Both the position numbers and the translations under genes were made by a program. A stretch of DNA of 63,165 nucleotides, counting the filler, from Collodictyon triciliatum (taxonomy: Eukaryota), in NCBI GenBank assembly GCA_043381765.1. It is 4 parts of 4 records of this genome, joined end to end, with 100 filler letters (N's around TTAATTAATTAA, not from the genome) between each part and the next. Parts side by side here need not be neighbours in the genome. Positions count along the whole stretch, not along the records: positions 1 to 20,304 come from JBHJMP010001244.1; positions 20,405 to 40,678 come from JBHJMP010001245.1; 2 more parts are not named here. One strand, given 5' to 3'. Below the pieces are notes generated by a model, which did no database searches, had not been told where the DNA came from, and was given only the letters and a program-made list of their open reading frames with translations. Positions within the stretch are counted from its first letter, which is position 1. Each line of letters opens with the position of its first letter. Shown piece by piece: positions 13,523 to 25,478 of the stretch.

Positions 13523-14183
13523 TTATGCCATACAAAGGGGCGAGATAGGTGCGCGTGGTAGAGAGCAAATGCGAGTAAGAGAAGACACTGCTGTGAAGAG
13601 GTTAGCACTGGAAAGAAATCAGTGATAGCGAGTTGGTCAAGTGGGCGACCCGACTGGTTGAGGTGTTAGTAAGATATACATAGAGGAAATGAAAGTACAG
13701 AGAAAATCAACACGAAGTGCGATTGGCGCTAGTAATCCGAGAGGCTTCGCTTTGTGGGGAGGAATCGTTCGAAAGTTGTATGAAAAACTTGTTTGTCTTG
13801 AGAAAGATCAGCCACGAGGGTTCCAAGCAGTGTTACCATTCTTTCTCTATATTGCTCCATTCCTGATGTGTCTATTCATCACAATCTCTTGCTAAAGCAA
13901 AGCTATGCTTGTAAATAAAAAAAAAATACGTCAACGCCTGAAGTAACCACTGCGCGAGTGTCTGTGAGCATATGTGTGTATGAACACAGAAAGAATTGCG
14001 CAACTTCATCGCTACGCGTCCAGTCAGAAACCCTCCACGACCATAAAAGCAAAATATACCCACATGTTGCGAGTGAGCTTTCTATTTGTTTTGTGTATCT
14101 TTTATTTTTCTTCACGTTGTTTTTTTGGTCAAGAAAAAAAGAGGAGAAAAAAAAAAGGGAAGAGAAGAGGAAGGTCAGTCTGC

Positions 14184-16257
14184 TTAGTGTGTCTTCTCAT
14201 GGTCTTTCTTGCGTGCGTAGGACTCAAAGAGATCAATAGAGAGGGCTAAGAAGACCAAAGCTGTTCCCCACCACTGCATGGCTGTCATAGCGTGGTTGTA
14301 GAGAAAGACAGAGGCAAGGAGCGTGAAAAACTTGCGTGTGGTCGTGACTGTGCTGCACGTCAACGGGCCGAAGTTCTTAACAAGGCTGTAGATAAAGAGC
14401 TGCCCAAGGGCGCTGCACGTAGAAAACAAAGCCAGGTCAATAAGAGAACTGGGATGCGCAGTAATGAACTCCACAGAAGGCCCAAACTCCCCACTCCAGT
14501 AGAGCCCTACAAGGTTATGAATTGTCAGAATCGTCTACCCAAAACCGCTGAATGAGACAGTCTACAGCTTTGAAAGTGTCTGTGATGCTATGAAAGCAAT
14601 GGTGTGATATTGGATGCCTCTGTGTAGGCAACGAAATATCCACATTAATAGAGTACACGACTAGTGCTGCTGTTCATGTTCGAGTATTGAGGTGGCTGTG
14701 GTAGGGACAAGTGCAGCTAATCAGCAAATGAGGGACAAACCAAATGAAAGGAAGATGGAGGCCCATAAGTTCATGTACATCATCAGTTGCTGTGCCGAAG
14801 GCTTCAAGGTCTTTAGAATGTGCTCCTGTTCTCCTGCTGTCATACCATCGAGAAGAAGCGAGAGGAAAATTAAAAAGATTCCATATCCACTGGTTGGTTG
14901 GTCGGAAGATGATGCTGTTGGCCACTAATGTGATATTATTAATTGCTTCGTTGGTTTGTAAGATTACAAATAAAAAAATTTATAAATTGCAAAGAAAAGA
15001 AAAATTCTGATAGAATTACATGTAGTTCTGTATGTAAGATTATGTAAAGATTAACTCCTTTTTTTCTTTAGCATGGATACAAAATGACATTTAATTTTTC
15101 TTTATCTTTTATATCATATTACGGTCTAGTCTTGGACTAGTCTCACCTTCTTCAAAAAGAACATGGAAATTCCAATCGCGATAGTGCATACAGAGACATA
15201 TCTGGACATTGGATAATTCTTTCGATTTCAGAGAACTCCAGTTATCATCACCATGGTTTATTTTGAAATGTCAGAATAAAAAAAAAACATCCTTTTTGTC
15301 TATTGTTATGTAAAGAAGGCAAATACATTATTGTACTTGAAAATGATAGTGATTGCATACCAGGAATCATTTTTCATGATTTTCCAAGAACCTAATCACC
15401 GATGATGGTTGTATGTAAATTGGAAAAGGGGTAGAAGAGTGAGTTATTATTACTGCAGTATATATTCGTATTTGTTATGAAATTTGTGCAAGTGGTGAGA
15501 TATTGACCTGGGTCGGATAATCCACGTAATTAAGGGCATAATTGCTGCAAAACATGGCTGCAATATAAGTGAAGCTAACACGAGCAAAATCTTTAAACTT
15601 GACCTCACTTTTGCTGTCAGAACAGAGAAGACCTTTATCGTTATCGAGAGTATTATAGTTTATTGTTTAACGAAATGGTTTTCAATATATGCATAACCAA
15701 GCATCATGTAGATTTACTTGTCTAAAGTGTCTTATGGAGAAAAATAAATGACTAGTCATGAATGAATAATATATACATATGAATCAAGTGTAATAGGTGT
15801 CTGAAATAATATTGTAAGGACGCCCACCGAAAAAGGCACACAGAGAGTTTGCAAGACACTGAACAAAAACCAGAGTCAAGGTGAAATGGAACCGCCCACC
15901 GTCAGGTTCATAAGCAGTGACCGAACTATTCCAATACGAATTTGTGTTAGTGAAGTGTACACCTTTATTCAAGTGAAGTAATTGTGCAAAGTACTTTGTT
16001 GATCCATCCTTGCAAAGAGATGAAAATGGAGGCAATACGAAAGAGAAAACATGAAACCAGGAGAAAAAAATATGTAAGGTGGAAAATATAACATACAGCT
16101 TCTCCTGAAGGATTCCGTATACAGAATAGAAGAAATAGACGCCTGCTACAAGAAAAAGCAAAAAAAGCTCCTTCTCCAGCTTCTGCAAAAGAGTCTCCGA
16201 TCCTGATGGGATAGGATGGGACTTAATGGGCTTCTTCGGAGCTTGAGCTTGGTTCAT
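14184..16257 (-). CDS. SLC35B1: SLC35B1/HUT1/UTr1-family ER nucleotide(-sugar) transporter, 7 exons; exons 4-5 contain two in-frame TGAs and a GG acceptor (possible pseudogene or sequence error)
   Basis: YGILQEKL; FHFTLTLVFVQC; AMFCSNYALNYVDYPTQ-VLGKS*KMIP-VM; SLLLDGMTAGEQE; MMYMNLW; CSALGQLFIYSLVKNFGPLTCSTVTTTRKFFTLLASV; Lys-rich C-terminus KKDHEKTH. Confidence 0.85.
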
Positions 16258-17065
16258 GACGCTTTGTCGTTGTATCTAGTTAAAATAGAAAAAAAAGAGA
16301 AAAGATAAAAAAAAAAAAACACTTGAACAAGTTACAATTCCATCAACTGGATCCTCAAAAACGACCTATCACAGCTACTCTCTTAGAGGTTCGGGTACTC
16401 CGACTGGTTTATTGTGCCTCCGATTTTGTGGTTGCATAGTTGAGCGGCTCTTCCTTAACATATACCCGGTTTATCGGGAATAAGTTTTTCTTTTCTTTGT
16501 TGTTGTTTTTTTTATTATGTGACCGCCGCCGCAATGGGAAGCAGCGGTGCAGCGAAGATTCTAGAACAGCAGTTTCAAATATGGATATATGGTATATTTA
16601 GTGCCGTGACTTATTCTTCCTTTGCGGTTATGTTGTCCGCTCGCGTTTTGCCTGTGTCTCATTCCAGCTTTTATTTGCCTTGTGCGCAGTTGTCAAACAA
16701 GTAGACTGAAAGGTACGCGACACGTTTCTGATAATGTCTTGATTTTTTTTTATAATTATGTAATGTGATATCACTTGATATCCATTACATCGTTAACCTG
16801 AGCCTTTGTTGTGGCAAATTTACAACAGATTGGAAAAGAAGTATTGTGTGTTTCGGGAAAAGAAAGCAATTCCTGTGGATATCACAAGAGATACGAGAGT
16901 ATTATCGGGTTGTGAGAAATTAGGGAAGCAGCGCTAGATATTCGCCTTACGTAATATAACTACGTACTAGTAGTTGGTGGTCGATGACCGGATTATTTTC
17001 TCAGTATTCGTGAAATAATTAGTAACATAGCACACTGAAACAATGGCACCAGAAAAGTCCATAGC

Positions 17066-19415
17066 TCATGCATCAATCCAGACAATAATTGGATTTGAAT
17101 ATGTGGCTACTAGGATGTCACGAAAGACAAGTTGATTGAGCAATTTCGTCTAATTAGAATTGATCTTTGGAAGGAATCGCCTTTGTAAGGTGAATATTTG
17201 TACATCTCTGAAATGAGCGTCGACACCAGATAGATCCTGCACCATAGCCAAAAATTAAAAAAAAATCCCTCCAGTAAGATGCGTTTAGTCCATGCCATCA
17301 GGAATATATAAATGAAGTATTAGAGGTTTGAAGATAAGGTCGAAATATCCCACCTCTTGAAGCATGAATTCAGCATTCAACGAGCGTTGGAAATTCGAAA
17401 AAATTGCTCGCTGGCTTCGATGTGTACCAACCACAAACTTTCAGAAAATGGAAATATTATGTATTTAGTATATTGTGTTCTGGACAGGTAAAAAAAAAAC
17501 ATCGATTAAAAAATATGGGGGAGTAAAAGGAAATTAAAAGGAAATATTTTTGTTGTGTTTTTGGGATAGTATGACGACATATGCACCACATTTAATTGCA
17601 CCGGATGCAATAGAATTGGACATACTTTGGTTTGAAAGACGGCCAGCTTTTTTATGTACCCCCAAAGTTCTTTGACTCCTCGCTCTGGAGATATTGTTTG
17701 AGAAAAAAAGCAAGCTGTATTGATGACCACAACGTTGGGTGCTTTTCTGCCGGTGAATTCATCCTCATCCCTTCGAAGAAAATAAATATAATTTACTCCA
17801 GTGGGTCATAAGAAGGGTTTAAATATGTTGCTACAAGGAGTTACATCGTACCATGGAAACTCGCACAGCTCGATTTTAACATTTTGCCGATTGCAGTTTA
17901 ATTTCGAGTTTGAGCCAAGTGTTGCACAAAGCCCTGGGAGGTCGGCAATTATTAGGCGACTGTCTGAATTGTGATAACTCATTAGCAACGTGTGGTGGCA
18001 GTAAATGTGGGTATAGCTATGCATGAAACTCTGCAGAAAAAACTAAACATTTTGAAAGAATGTTGCAAGAAAAAGGTATTAGAGAAGGACAATGAAGAAC
18101 TTACCTTTTTCCATGAAATAAGATAAAAATACAGGTAATATTGGAGAAGATGACCCCAACTCGAGACAAGACTGCATGTTTCTGTTGATTTAAAATATAG
18201 AGAAAAACTGAATTAGTCAATACAGTAGGTAAAACTCGTGTAGACAAGCGATTAGCATGACCTTTCATTGATATTAAAAAAAAAAAGGACATAACGCTTG
18301 TGAAACATTAAGAAAATCGAACTATGAGTTTTATTTGTATAGGAGTAGGACCTGTATTTGTCGTGTTTGATTTCAAAATAGCGACAAAGCCCCAGCGCCT
18401 GGTAGACAATTATATTACAGACATTAATAAGTTAAAAGATGAAGGGAATGGAGTTTGGTTGGTTTCTACCAGAGACAAAAAATTGAACAACCTCGCCAAA
18501 AAAAATATAGTATAGACGTGCGCATATGATTTCAAAACGGAAAAAAAAAAGAAGCTACAATCTCTTCGACCGCAAGGGAGACACACGAGCCATCCAATAT
18601 GTCAGAGACCCGCTCCACAGAGGCGGGTGGATGAAACGCTTGGAAAACCAGCTCTGTCTGTAAGGGCGTGCGAAAACGGTAACTGAAGCAAGCCGAAGAA
18701 GGCCGCTGAGTAGGTTTCTGTATTTATATTTAAAAACATTAAACAAATGAATAGAACCATCCTCTCCCCATCAATCATACATACAAATATTTGCAAAAAA
18801 ATGCAACCATCGCACCATCGGGAGGGACAATAAAATACATTTACTTCTGCCTCACATGAGCCTGTTTGAGCAAGCGACTATTTGAGAGAAAGAGAAAACA
18901 ACAAAAACAACAAAAACAACAAAGAAAAGAACAACAGGACAGAAGAAAGGAAAAGGTCATACCTTATTGAGCGAGCCGTTGGCATTGAGGACGTAGTAGA
19001 CAGCAGCAGGCAGGGCGGTGGGGACGTGCTGATCGGCAAGATCGGCAAGGACGGCGGCGGCGGTGGCGAAGTCGGACGGGGCGGAGACCCACGGGCGTTG
19101 GCGGGAGATCGGCCGGACGCGGGAGGCAGAAGCAGAGGGGGAGGGGGAGCGGCGGGGATTAGCGGGCGCGTGCAGCAGCAGTGACGACGGCGAGGGCGGG
19201 CGGGGTGGCGTGTCGGCAGAGGAAATGGTAGAGGCAGAGGCAAAGGCAGAGGCAAAGGCAAAGGGCGGCCGATCCGGGGTGTCCGGCACAGAGCCCCCCG
19301 CGTGGCCCAGAGACAGCAGCGCAGCCGGCGGCGGGCGTGACGACATCCGCGGGGCGGCGGGCAGGGGCTGCAGGCGCACACGCGGCGACCCGGGCGGCGT
19401 GGAGGGGCGGCTCAT
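17066..19415 (-). CDS. Hypothetical spliced protein with a Pro/Ser/Ala-rich, GC-rich first exon
   Basis: Exon 1 MSRPSTPPGSP...VYYVLNANGSLNK|GT joins in frame to KPTQRPSSACFSYRFRTPLQTELVFQAFHPP; further short putative exons (ALGLCRYFEIKHDKY, FVVGTHRSQRAIFSNFQRSLNAEFMLQE). 3' end is tentative and no family was recognised. Confidence 0.45.
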
Positions 19416-20812
19416 GGGGCGGGGCGGGCTCTCCCGGCTTTCTGGCGTGCGTGTCTTTGTCTTAGTCTTTGTCCCTGCTTGCCTTCTTCCCCTCGTTCTT
19501 TCGATTGGCAATGCGTGTGTATGTGTATGAGTGCGTGCGTGCGTGGGTATGGGTTTGCCTGTGTGGATGTGTGCGGGTGTTTGGCAGGCAGACAGGCGCT
19601 TTGGCCCAAGATGTCAGGCTCGCGGATGTGAATGGGGCGCGTTTGCTTTTGGATCCTCCTGCGGCACCGGGAGACTTGACCTAAAGAAGAAATAGCCGAA
19701 AGGACATAGTGGTGGGGCGCTTCTTTGGCCGGGCAATTGGAAGTTGGTTGAAAGGCAAACTAAAACCTTCTCGAGAAATTCTGTGAATTCTCTTCTGCGT
19801 CTGCCCAAAAACTGGGGAGGTCTTCTCCTTTATCTTTCCTTATCGGTGACAATGACGTAGAATGTGCCTATTTAGGAAAAAATTTAAATTTTTGTGTCGT
19901 TTTTGCTAATAGTAATTTGTGTTTTCTGCTTCTTATGGAATATCTATATCAATAAAGTTTCTAAATCCAGGCCAATTGCTTCATATTTGTCCTTTTCCAG
20001 ATGAACCTATCTTTTCAACTATAATTATTCCATATATTTCCTCTATAATTCATATTATGTCATATATTTAATGATCATATTGAATTATTTTGCTAATTAA
20101 TTGAATAGGTAAATATATGATTATAAATTCCACATTTATTCTAAATATCCCACAGCGATCAATTGTTAGCTTGCACCGAGCGATCGCATTTCTCGATTTT
20201 TTTGCTACCCAAGCAGAGGCAATAAATATAAACAAAAAACAAAAAACAAAAAACAAAAAACAAAAAACAAAAAACAAAAAACAAAAAACAAAAAACAAAA
20301 AACANNNNNNNNNNNNNNNNNNNNNNNNNNNNNNNNNNNNNNNNNNNNTTAATTAATTAANNNNNNNNNNNNNNNNNNNNNNNNNNNNNNNNNNNNNNNN
20401 NNNNATAAAATAAAACAATAAAATAAAACAATAAAATAAAACAATAAAATAAAACAATAAAATAAAACAATAAAATAAAACAATAAAATAAAACAATAAA
20501 ATAATATAGTGATAAAACAAAAATAAAATGGAAAGATATCATTGTTTTGAATTAAAAAAATACAAAAGGAAAATGTACCCATCAACAAAGGTTCTGAGGT
20601 GCTGTAAAGGATTACCAAATGCGTCGTGCGTTCCTCAATATCAAGGTGGATGGAGAGATCCAAACTTATCTGACAGCCAAAAGCCAACACGACTCAAGGA
20701 GGCTCCCGCCAATCCCAGTTAAAACAACCTGCATTAATGAAGCAGAGGCAGAACGGATTACACAAGTTTGAAAGCCTGAAATAAAAAGAGAAAAAAAATA
20801 AAAGAAAGCAGC

Positions 20813-23800
20813 ATGAGCATTAACCTGAATAATAGCTTCGCAATGGATCCACAGTCAAGCAAAGAAGAGTCTGCTGAAGAGTTCGGCCCACCAGAAGCGG
20901 CAGCAACGCCATCTTTTGGGAAGCAACGCGCTCTGACGAACCTGATCTGCTCGATATGCCTTGGGGGATACTATGACGCTCGTCGTTTATCTTGCTTCCA
21001 CTCATTTTGCCGAGGGTGTCTTTACGAGTACCTGAAGAAACGAGACACAAGACAGAAACCACTCTGCCCTTTGTGCCGAACGGAAATAGTTGTCACAGCT
21101 GACGAGGTCGAGTCGCTTCCGCCAGACACATTGATACCTTGTGACGTGCGCTCTATGATCGAGGGCCCCTCTGAAGGTGACAGGGTTATACATATATTCT
21201 TGAAAGAAAAAGAAAAGAAAAGAAAAGAAAAGAAAAGAAAAGAAAAGAAAAAGAAAAAGAAAAGAAAAAGAAAAAGAAAAAGAAAAAGAAAAAGAAAAAG
21301 AAAAAGAAAAAGAAAAAGAAAAAGAAAAAGAAATAGAAAGGAAAAAGAAAAGAAAGACAAAAAAGAGGAAAGGGTACTCGGTTAAGTTCACAGATAGTAT
21401 AGATATCTTATTGGGTCGGACTTGATTGAATTATCTGTATCGAAGAAAATAAGCGAATAATGATATACCTATCGATAAAAAAAAAAGGAGATTCATATAA
21501 ATGATAGTAGACACGTAAAAGCAAATTATTACGTAGAGAAACCAAAATGCAGGAATCACGCTGACCAGCTCGCGGCTGTTCGCTGCATTGATGGTTGTGA
21601 TTTGCTGTGTGAGCAATGTCTTGTCTTTCACAAATCATTTCCAGTCACTTCATTTCATAAAGTAAAGGAAATCAATACAGAGGTAAATATTATGTCAATT
21701 TAACCGAATTCGAAAGCCAGGGAATCAAGGCCAAAAACTTCTCATCCTGCACAAATCGAAACGAATGACAAAAAAAATTCCATTAATTCATCTCTTATGT
21801 TTAGTCATTATCATTCAAGGTTATTGTGTGATAAATATATGTCCATCGTGCCCCGAAAAATTTTTACGCACAATTACTTTATACAGGAGTCTGTATCTTC
21901 TCAAATATATTCGAGACCTCTCCTTTGTGGTTTGCATCCTGGGAAGCCTGTGAGCAAGTTTTTTTTTTTAAAAAAGATTCCTTTTACATTTTCTGCTATG
22001 TTACATCAGCTATTGGTTACATTGTTGATAATTGATTCGAATGAATAATTTAATTTTTTTTTTGATATGCGAGCTACCATACAAAAGTACTTGCCCTGCC
22101 TATGTGGAACAAAGCTAGCGATACCTGGTGCCGAATGCAACAAAACTGAAAAGCTTTTATGTATATTCTGCTGACCGCTTTAGACCGATTTGTACTGCAG
22201 CACCGCGACATGCCGTAAGCTTCTTTGCTACATATGCGCTCTATCTAGCGGAGATCATCGAGACCATGACATCAAGATTGTTGAAGATGCATTTCCTACA
22301 TGCAGGTGACAAAACATCATTCAATACGATTTCCATTACGAAAATTGTGGAGGAGGGATTGTAAATAATTCTTTTAGTCGTAATATAATAATTATAATAC
22401 TTTTTTATGAAAACAAAAAGCTGATATAATTCAAATTCAGGGAGAGTCTTCAAAGGCAGCTCGAAGGGGCTGATAAATGCCTTGAGTAAATATCCTAATA
22501 AGTACATGAATGATGTTCAAACTTTTAATATTTTGAATGAAAAATTATTCTTTTTCTTAGGAGTTTAAATGACATTGGGCAAGGAATCCAAAGAACAACC
22601 GATTTGCTAAGCGATGCTCAGGATGTTGCAATGAAGTAATAATGGCTACCGAGATTTGAATGTGATAGGGTAAACAGGACAAAAACCAAGAACCCTTGTA
22701 TTTATATGTAATGGATAATAGTGAGCTAAGCGCTGTCATGGATGAAATCATTGAGATTGTGAAGGAGAGGAAGAAAGAGCTTGAAGCTGAAATTGGGCAG
22801 ATTGTTTCAGCTCAGATGAAGGTATCCCTTTATTTGAACCAACATATTTCGTTCCTTTATAATTAATGCAGTTGATAATGAACATACCGCGTATATGTCT
22901 CATTAAACATGAATCGAGTCAGAAAGAAAAAAAATGCGCCGATTAATCATCAAGTTCATATGATTACAGCGGTATCGACTTCAAGTTTATTCATATATCA
23001 GAGATTAGAGGATATACTGAGACGCCTTTCTCTTAACCAAAATTATAGGAGCTATCGAACGAAGAAGATCGATATACGTATCTTAAGGAGGATTTAGCTC
23101 GTGTTTCTCAATATGCTAGGAACCTGTTAGAGCACTCTTCGAAAATAGAAGTATTCAAAACTATCATCATTTTCCCCTTACAATAAATACAATACCATTC
23201 CAATTCCTGTATCTTTTGCTTTTTTTTTTCATACATTTTATTTTAGTTTCCGATTCAAAAAAGAAAAAAAAAAGAAAAAGGTGATGGTAATGCTGCCAGT
23301 GATAAACTGAAAATGAATAAGTGGATGAATTAATATAGGTATTGTCAGTATTTTCGGACATATCCAAGTATTTGGAAGAATTATGTAAAGAAATTCACAA
23401 CGACCCGAAGAATTACATGAGAGTAAGTTTATACTTTATTTCATTAACTGATATTACAATGAAAAATGAAATAAGTCATTAATTAGAATACACATAGCAC
23501 CAGCGAATGAAGCTTATTATTATTATTCCAGACCAATATTTATATGCTAAAACTTGATAATCAAATAAATCAAAACAAGACCACTGCGTCTCATTTTGAA
23601 CGTAACAATGATGACCAAATTCGAGAAGTTCTTCGGAATGCCGGGAGGGTGAGGCTTTCAAGGTTATTATTTTACTATTTGCCACAACTACATATTCAAT
23701 AATTTTATCTTTCTTTCTTTCTTTCTTCTGAAAGCAATTTGAATCGAAACAACCAAGTGAACATAAAACAAAGAAAAGAAATAATGGAGAAAATATCCTT

Positions 23801-25262
23801 CAAATTCTTTCTACTCATGTTACGATGCGGGAGTTATTGCTCATATTGTTGTACACCTAGAATCTACCGGATACAAACCCCGGTAAATCTTGTCGGTATA
23901 ATGGTATGGAAAACTGGCATAAAAGGTACCGGGGATGGCCAATTCATCAACCCCCGAGGAATCGTATATGACCGTTTCACGAATTCGCTGATTGTTGCCG
24001 ACCATCACAGAATCCAGGTGGGCAGCTCATCATATTTATACGCACCATCACATAAAATAAATAAAAATTAAAATTAAAGGCAAGCATAAAGATAAAAAGA
24101 AGGATAAATAACAAACGGAAGGATTAAAAAGAAAGAATGAAAAGATACTAAAGAAAGCGACACCAACTCAACTGTGCTTGCGTGATGTTGACGGTCATAG
24201 GTCTTCAGATTTGGACAAGACCTAGAGAGCCCCCCGGTGTACTCCTTTACCGCTGGCCGCTTTGGTGCCGGCCCCGGACAAATGGCGAGTCCACAGCAGG
24301 TCGCGACAAACAATCGCGGGTTGATAGCAGTTGCAGACTATGATAACGACAGGATTCAGCTGTTCTCGATAACAGGTACGCGGTTGCACACTTTCGATGC
24401 ACTAATCACAAATCACGAGTCACAAATCACAACCCTTTATCCCAATGAGCAAACGACCTTCCCGCTGATGATAACACACAGCGCACTGAATAATGTTTCA
24501 AATAGACAAAAAAACAAAAACAAAAACAAGAACAAAAACAAAAGGAAAAGAGCTCGCCTGCACTCGAAACACTCACTCAATCCCCATTCCCCACGTTATC
24601 TCTCACAGCATCCACACACGAGGCAACATACACGAATGAGGTCGGGCGCACAGCCGGAATCCGGTGCGAGTTGAAAGGGCCACGCGGTGTTGCCTTCCTG
24701 TCCACCGGCGACCTTGTGATAGCAGACACGGACCACGACTGTGTGGTGGTATGGCCACAATACGCCCTCTTCCTTGTTCTCCTTCTCACCACGGCCTGCC
24801 CTGACTCATTTCCTCCCCGCCCCGACTTCCCCTCTCCCGCAGGTCCTGAACATGACCACGCAGCAGCGAAGAGTGCTGGGGAACCGCGGGACACAGCCCG
24901 GAGAATTCCTGGACCCGTTTGCCATAGCCATCGACCAGCTTGACAGGATCTATGTGGCCGACCGCGGCAACTCGAGAATCCAAATCTTTGACGAGAATCT
25001 CGAGCTCAAGCAGGTTGTCGGGGTCGGAGTTCTGACGCAGCCGACCGGGCTCTTTGTGGACCGGGACGTCAACATCTGGGTGGCAGACAAAAACAACCAT
25101 CGAATCCGCATCTTTTCTGCAAGGGGCGAGCTGCTTCACAGCTTCGGCGAGCGGGGCAAGGAGGACGGGAAGCTTTCTTACCCGTGGGCCATCACGTCGG
25201 ACGATGCCGGGCGCGTCTTCATCTCGGACAATAGTAACCACCGTGTTGTGGCCTTTGAGTAA
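20813..25262 (+). CDS. TRIM-NHL E3 ligase-like protein (RING, B-box1, B-box2, coiled coil, NHL repeats)
   Basis: RING CSICLGGY...LSCFHSFCRGCL...CPLCR; B-box1 CRNH...VRCIDGCDLLCEQCLVFH; B-box2 CGLHPGKP-TDLYCSTATCRKLLCYICALSSGDHRDH; heptad-rich exons at 22.4-23.4 kb; NHL repeats GQFINPRGI, FLDPFAIAID...YVADRGNSRIQIF, LSYPWAI...ISDNSNHRVVAF*. Confidence 0.9.
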
Positions 25263-25478
25263 TCGGGCGCTCTCCGGCTGTCCGGCGGCATATAGACAGG
25301 GCCAATAAACTCATGGGCAAATCCCCTCATGACAGTCCCACTCCTGTTCATCTTCATCCTGATTCTCAAGCTCTGCTGGCACGCAAGGGCAGAAGACCGA
25401 CTGGTGATCACGACCGGCATCTCTTGTTTATTCCCAAAGCGTTAGGTCTAACATGCAGCGAGATACGGAGCGAAGCGT

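Noticed and set aside
15228-15376. Genome-wide UGA reassignment to Cys or Trp
   Set aside because: Other genes use TGG and TGY normally, show no in-frame TGA in the exons I could join, and SMC5 and the kinase appear to stop at TGA.
18878-19530. Multiple overlapping ORFs on both strands (also 24577-26276)
   Set aside because: Expected shadow ORFs in stop-poor, GC-rich sequence; one frame per locus explains the data.
20349-20360. TTAATTAATTAA palindrome between N-runs, repeated at 40723-40734 and 61090-61101
   Set aside because: Identical 12-mer centred in 44-N flanks each time; an artificial scaffolding spacer with stops in all frames, so adjacency across these joins is unverified.
19600-20780. 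Possible small plus-strand gene upstream of TRIM-NHL
   Set aside because: The fragments span an artificial scaffold join and could not be assembled into a supported reading frame.
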